Shown: positions 58,824 through 64,000 of the stretch, in pieces
Layout of the letters: each line of letters opens with the position of its first letter
Position numbering within the stretch: position 1 is the stretch's first letter
Translations under genes and position numbers: made by a program
The notes under the pieces: generated by a model
What the model saw: only the letters and a program-made list of their open reading frames with translations
The model's database searches: none
Told to the model about the DNA's origin: nothing
NCBI GenBank assembly: GCA_964016885.1
Contig: OZ024755.1
Coordinates: forward strand, 11,532,001-11,596,000
Direction: 5' to 3'
Length of the DNA stretch: 64,000 bases
Origin: Eledone cirrhosa
Taxonomy: Eukaryota

Positions 58824-59248
58824 CATATACATATATATACATATATATATACATATATATACATATACATATATATACATATACATAAATATACATATAT
58901 ATACATATACATATATATACATATATATACATATACATATATATACATATACATATATATACATATACATATATATACATATACATATATATACATATAC
59001 ATATATATACATATATATACATATACATATATATACATATACATATATATACATATACATATATATACATATACATATATATACATATACATATATATAC
59101 ATATACATATATATACATATATATATATATATACACATATATATATATACACATATATATATATACACATATATATATATACACATATATATATATATAC
59201 ACATATATATATATACATATATATATATATACACATATATATATATAC

Positions 59249-59295
<47 letters not shown>

Positions 59296-59442
59296 CATAT
59301 ATATATACATATATATATACATATATATATATACATATATATATATACATATATATATATACATATATATATATACATATATATATATACATATATATAT
59401 ACATATATATATATACATATATATATATACATATATATATAC

Positions 59443-59505
<63 letters not shown>

Positions 59506-59578
59506 CATATATATACATATATATATACATATATATACATATATATATATATATACATATATATACATATATATATAC

Positions 59579-59613
<35 letters not shown>

Positions 59614-59786
59614 CATATATATATACATATATATATACATATATATACATATATATACATATATATACATATATATATATATACATATATATACATATAT
59701 ATATACATATATATATATATACATATATATACATATATATATACATATATATATACATATATATACATATATATACATATATATAT

Positions 59787-60107
59787 ATGGTGGCTGCCAA
59801 CTCGTTTTCGAGTACGGCCACTACTTTATATCCATGTAGGAGAACCCCTACCGATGCGCTGAACGAGTGTGACTTTTTAGTCCAGTCAGCGACTTGAAAA
59901 CTCTGGTACAAACACTACACTTGTGACAATTATTGACACATAGTGCTGGGCCCATGGTACCATGTGACGGCAAGTGCAGAGAGATCTCCAGATATAAAGC
60001 AATGCCTGTGCCGTGAAGCTTTTATAGTGAGCAAAGGCACTGCACAAAGCCAGTCCCACTCTCTTAACCAAGATGATATTTACCAAAAAGAAGAACAAGT
60101 CAACATC
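59787..60107 (-). mobile_element. Family E, 3' part
   Basis: Matches 9866-10187. Confidence 0.85.
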
Positions 60108-60151
60108 ATATATACATATATATACATATATATACATATATATATATATAC

Positions 60152-60184
<33 letters not shown>

Positions 60185-60291
60185 CATATATATATACATA
60201 TACATATATATATATATATATATATACATATATATATACATATACATACATATATATATACATATATATATACATATATATATACATATAT

Positions 60292-60511
60292 GAGGAACGA
60301 TCGACTTTCGTCAAATCGGACCGAGGGAACAATGTTTCCGTTGGTCTTTCCAGTTGCTAGTACTATCTATCGGTCGCAACTCCAGGTAGAAGGAGCAACG
60401 TGAAATAAAGTGTCTTGCCCAAGGACATAACGCATCACCTGGTCCAGGAATCGAACTCACAACCTTATGATTGCGAATCCAGTTCTCTAACCACTCAGCC
60501 ACACGCCTTCA
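60292..60511 (-). mobile_element. SINE family 2 variant
   Basis: Reverse complement of 38664-38885. Confidence 0.88.
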
Positions 60512-60821
60512 CTTTATATATATATATATATACATATATACATATACATATATATATATACATATATATATATACATATATATATATACATATATATATA
60601 CATATATATATACATATATATATATACATATATATATACATATATATATACATATATATATACATATATATATATACATATATATATACATATATATATA
60701 TACATATATATATACATATATATATATACATATATATATACATATATATATATACATATATATATACATATATATATATACATATATATATACATATATA
60801 TACATATATATATACATATAC

Positions 60822-60928
<107 letters not shown>

Positions 60929-61125
60929 CATATATACATATATACATATATATATATATACATATATACATATATATATACATATATATATACATATATA
61001 TATACATACATATATATATACATATATACATATATATATACATATATATATATACATATATATATACATATATATACATATATATATACATATATACATA
61101 TATATACATATATATATACATATAC

Positions 61126-61198
<73 letters not shown>

Positions 61199-61229
61199 TA
61201 CATATATATACATATATATATACATATAC

Positions 61230-61304
<75 letters not shown>

Positions 61305-61356
61305 TATATACACATATATATATACATATATATATATATACATATATTATATATAT

Positions 61357-61587
61357 GTCAGGTCACCAGTTGGTGCTACTGGTAACATTTATCCCAGTAC
61401 AACCTGTCTCATGGTCTGGTCGTTGGCGACTAAACCGGCAACCCCACCAAGGTTTCTTGGCGAGGAGGATGACTTTGGACATCCTGCAGGTCTAAAATCA
61501 AAACCTGTCAAAGGGCAAAGGAGCTCTTAAGAGTCAATGGTCATCCAAAATCACCGGGAGAGATGACCCCTTAGCCTTTGACAAGGA
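61357..61587 (+). mobile_element. Family E, 5' part, inverted
   Basis: Reverse complement of about 10245-10474. Confidence 0.85.
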
Positions 61588-61759
61588 ATAGAACTGTTTC
61601 ATCCATGAGAAATCATCAGGAGCTTCGTGATGATTTCTCACGAATGAAACAGTTCTAGTTCTGTAGATGCTCTTCTATATTATAACATTTATATTTTGAT
61701 ATGTATCGAGTACCTTACTTACTGTGGTTACGTCCGATTCAACCCGGAATAACTTTTAT

Positions 61760-61760
<1 letters not shown>
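61586..61760 (+). mobile_element. Fold-back with hammerhead motif (family F)
   Basis: TAGAACTGTTTCATCCATGAGAAATCATCA / TGATGATTTCTCACGAATGAAACAGTTCTA. Minus arm has CTGATGA; plus arm has GAAA-CAG...CTG-TA; tail with GAGTACC. Confidence 0.72.
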
Positions 61761-61792
<32 letters not shown>

Positions 61793-63597
61793 GAGGTTGC
61801 TTGGTAAGTAAGAAATGAAACGTATAACTTTCACCTATGCATGTTTCGTTGGTTTCTTATGAGATTGTATCTAATAGAAAGTTTTCTGTGGTGTTGTAGT
61901 GATATGGGCTCAGTTCTATGACGGAAAGCAATGGGAAATGAACCATCTTCTTCAAGAGCACAATGAATCCCCTGTTCGCCACGTCAAACCCACACACCTC
62001 CACTGCTATGTAAGTAGGTAGGTAGGTCCTTAAATAGATGATGGAAAGAAATACACAGACTTACGCACACACACATAAACCCACTCATGTGTGTAGAGGT
62101 GGGGGTTGTGAGTGTGGTGTGCGTGTGTGTGTGTGTGTGTAGACAGATAAATAAATATTTAGATATTGAGAAAAATAGACGGCATAAATATTAGTTTCTT
62201 CACGGGTGGGATTATTTCTTTAATATAAACTATGTTGGTATCCTTTAAATAAACTGATCATATCAAGACAAAGTTGGGATTATCTCTTAACTACCCTACA
62301 CAACACTACAGAGAACTGCTGAAGGTGGTGATGTGGGAGACTCGTTAGAACGTCGGATAGGATTTAGAGTATTCGTTCCGGAATCCTGCGGGCTGAGTTC
62401 AAATTCCGCTGACGTCAGCTTTGTCTTTCGATTTCATGAAATAAAGTAACGGTCCTGTGCAATGGGCTATTCCATTCTCTCTCTGAATATGTACTTCTTC
62501 CTCTTGTTTATTTGTATTGTTTCCTTAATATATATATATATATTCATTCACACGTGTATGTGTTCCATTTTTTTAGATCAACGGGACAGCTTGCCCGTGA
62601 ATTTAATGTGCAAATGGCTGAGCAGTCCACAGACACGTGTAACATTAACACAGTTCTAATGGAGATTCAGCTTGTCACAGTGGCAAGGCTGGTCCTTTAT
62701 ATTACAGGTTCTCCGCAGTTTTGACTCAATAAATGATATTGAGTGGAATAATTTATTATGAATAGCTGAAATTTTGCTGTATATAGGTTTAATTTTTTTT
62801 GCTCATCTGGCAAGGGTAAACACCGTAAACGAGTACTACATTGTGATTCCCTCACCCAAACCCCACGAAATAATTCCCCTATCCATCCAAAATCAGTTCA
62901 GTAAACTGAGAGGTTGATTGGTTGGAACAACGGCGTATTTGGTACATGGTTAGTGTTATGGGTTGCAAGTATTGAAAAGATGAAGGTAAGTGTTTATAAT
63001 AAAATAAATCTTAACCTTCAAACCCAAACAAATAGCGAAATATATCATCGAATCAAAAAGCAGCACTGAGTCACATCCAATAATTTTTTTACGACTTCAA
63101 CGTAAAATCAAAAAAAAAAAGAAAAAGAAAAAACTATGAATATAAATGTTTTTACATAGAAATTATTATATTATCTATTCTACAATATTTTCCAATATAT
63201 TCATTTTATTATAACCTTATTTCTTTTCACTTTGAAATATTTGTCGAAATATAGGTAGTCTATAGCAACGGATGAAGATTATGAGTTTGTAGATAAAATT
63301 TGAAACATTTTTTTGTTATATCTTTTTCGCTATTCAAACTTATATAAAGGACATTGTGTTAATGTATAAAATTTATCACATTATTCATACTATTCACTTT
63401 TCAACCTGAAATTGGAAGGAATATTGAAGAAATTTCCCAGTTTATGTTTAACCAACTACAAATGCAAAGCGAAAGTGTTCAGCAAACGAAGGCATTATTG
63501 AAGCGAATCGTAATATAATGAAAATATATAATTTTTTTTAATTAAATATTTTTTAAAAAATTTGATCTACATGATTATAATACATTATTAAGAAGAA

Positions 63598-63930
63598 TTG
63601 GCATAGTTACGTCCCTTTACGATCTGAGTTCAAATCCCGCCGAGTTTGACTTAGCCTTTCATCCTTACGAGGTCGATAAAATAAAGTACCAGTAATGCAC
63701 TGGGTAATTGCTGGCCTTGTGCCTAAAGTAGAAACAATTATTAAGAAGAATTGGCAGTATCGGTAGAGGGTTGGACGCCATACTTTCTAGCATGGTTACG
63801 TCCCTTTACGGTCTGAGTTCGAATCCCATCGAGGTTAACTTTGCCTTTCATGCCTACGGGATCGATAAAATAAAGTATCAGTAATGTACTGGGTAATTGC
63901 TGGCCTTGTACCAAAAGTAGAAACAATTAT
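63598..63930 (+). mobile_element. Two tandem family 1 SINEs
   Basis: Both preceded by TTATTAAGAAGAATTGGCA. Confidence 0.88.
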
Positions 63931-64000
63931 TAAGAAATTTATGAGGAAATAAAGTCGGGTACGGAATGGGCACTAAACTGTAATTATACCAAATAATCAA

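Overview
AT-rich, repeat-dominated animal genomic DNA, intergenic or intronic. The SINE families resemble octopus (coleoid cephalopod) SINEs; this is recognition from memory, not a database search. No host protein-coding exon could be supported. Nearly all long ORFs in the track are artefacts of (TA)n/(CA)n/(TGG)n/(GGATCA)n tracts. Real content: three tRNA-derived SINE families (one with more than 20 copies), RTE and L1/Tx1 LINE remnants, hAT, Tc1/mariner and Helitron-type elements. The main signal is about 20 short non-coding insertions in (TA)n tracts from roughly 10 unrelated families. Most are fold-backs (inverted arm + arm + tail) and carry minimal type I hammerhead ribozyme motifs, and many share an ACTC...GAGT(G/A)CT tail hairpin. 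This architecture fits non-autonomous Penelope-like element (PLE) derivatives. A composite block at 45.2-49.3 kb holds a PHD-finger LINE ORF1 fragment between perfect 175-bp inverted repeats and an ORF with a 2A-like GCVELNPGP motif. Coordinates were read by eye and may be off by a few bases.
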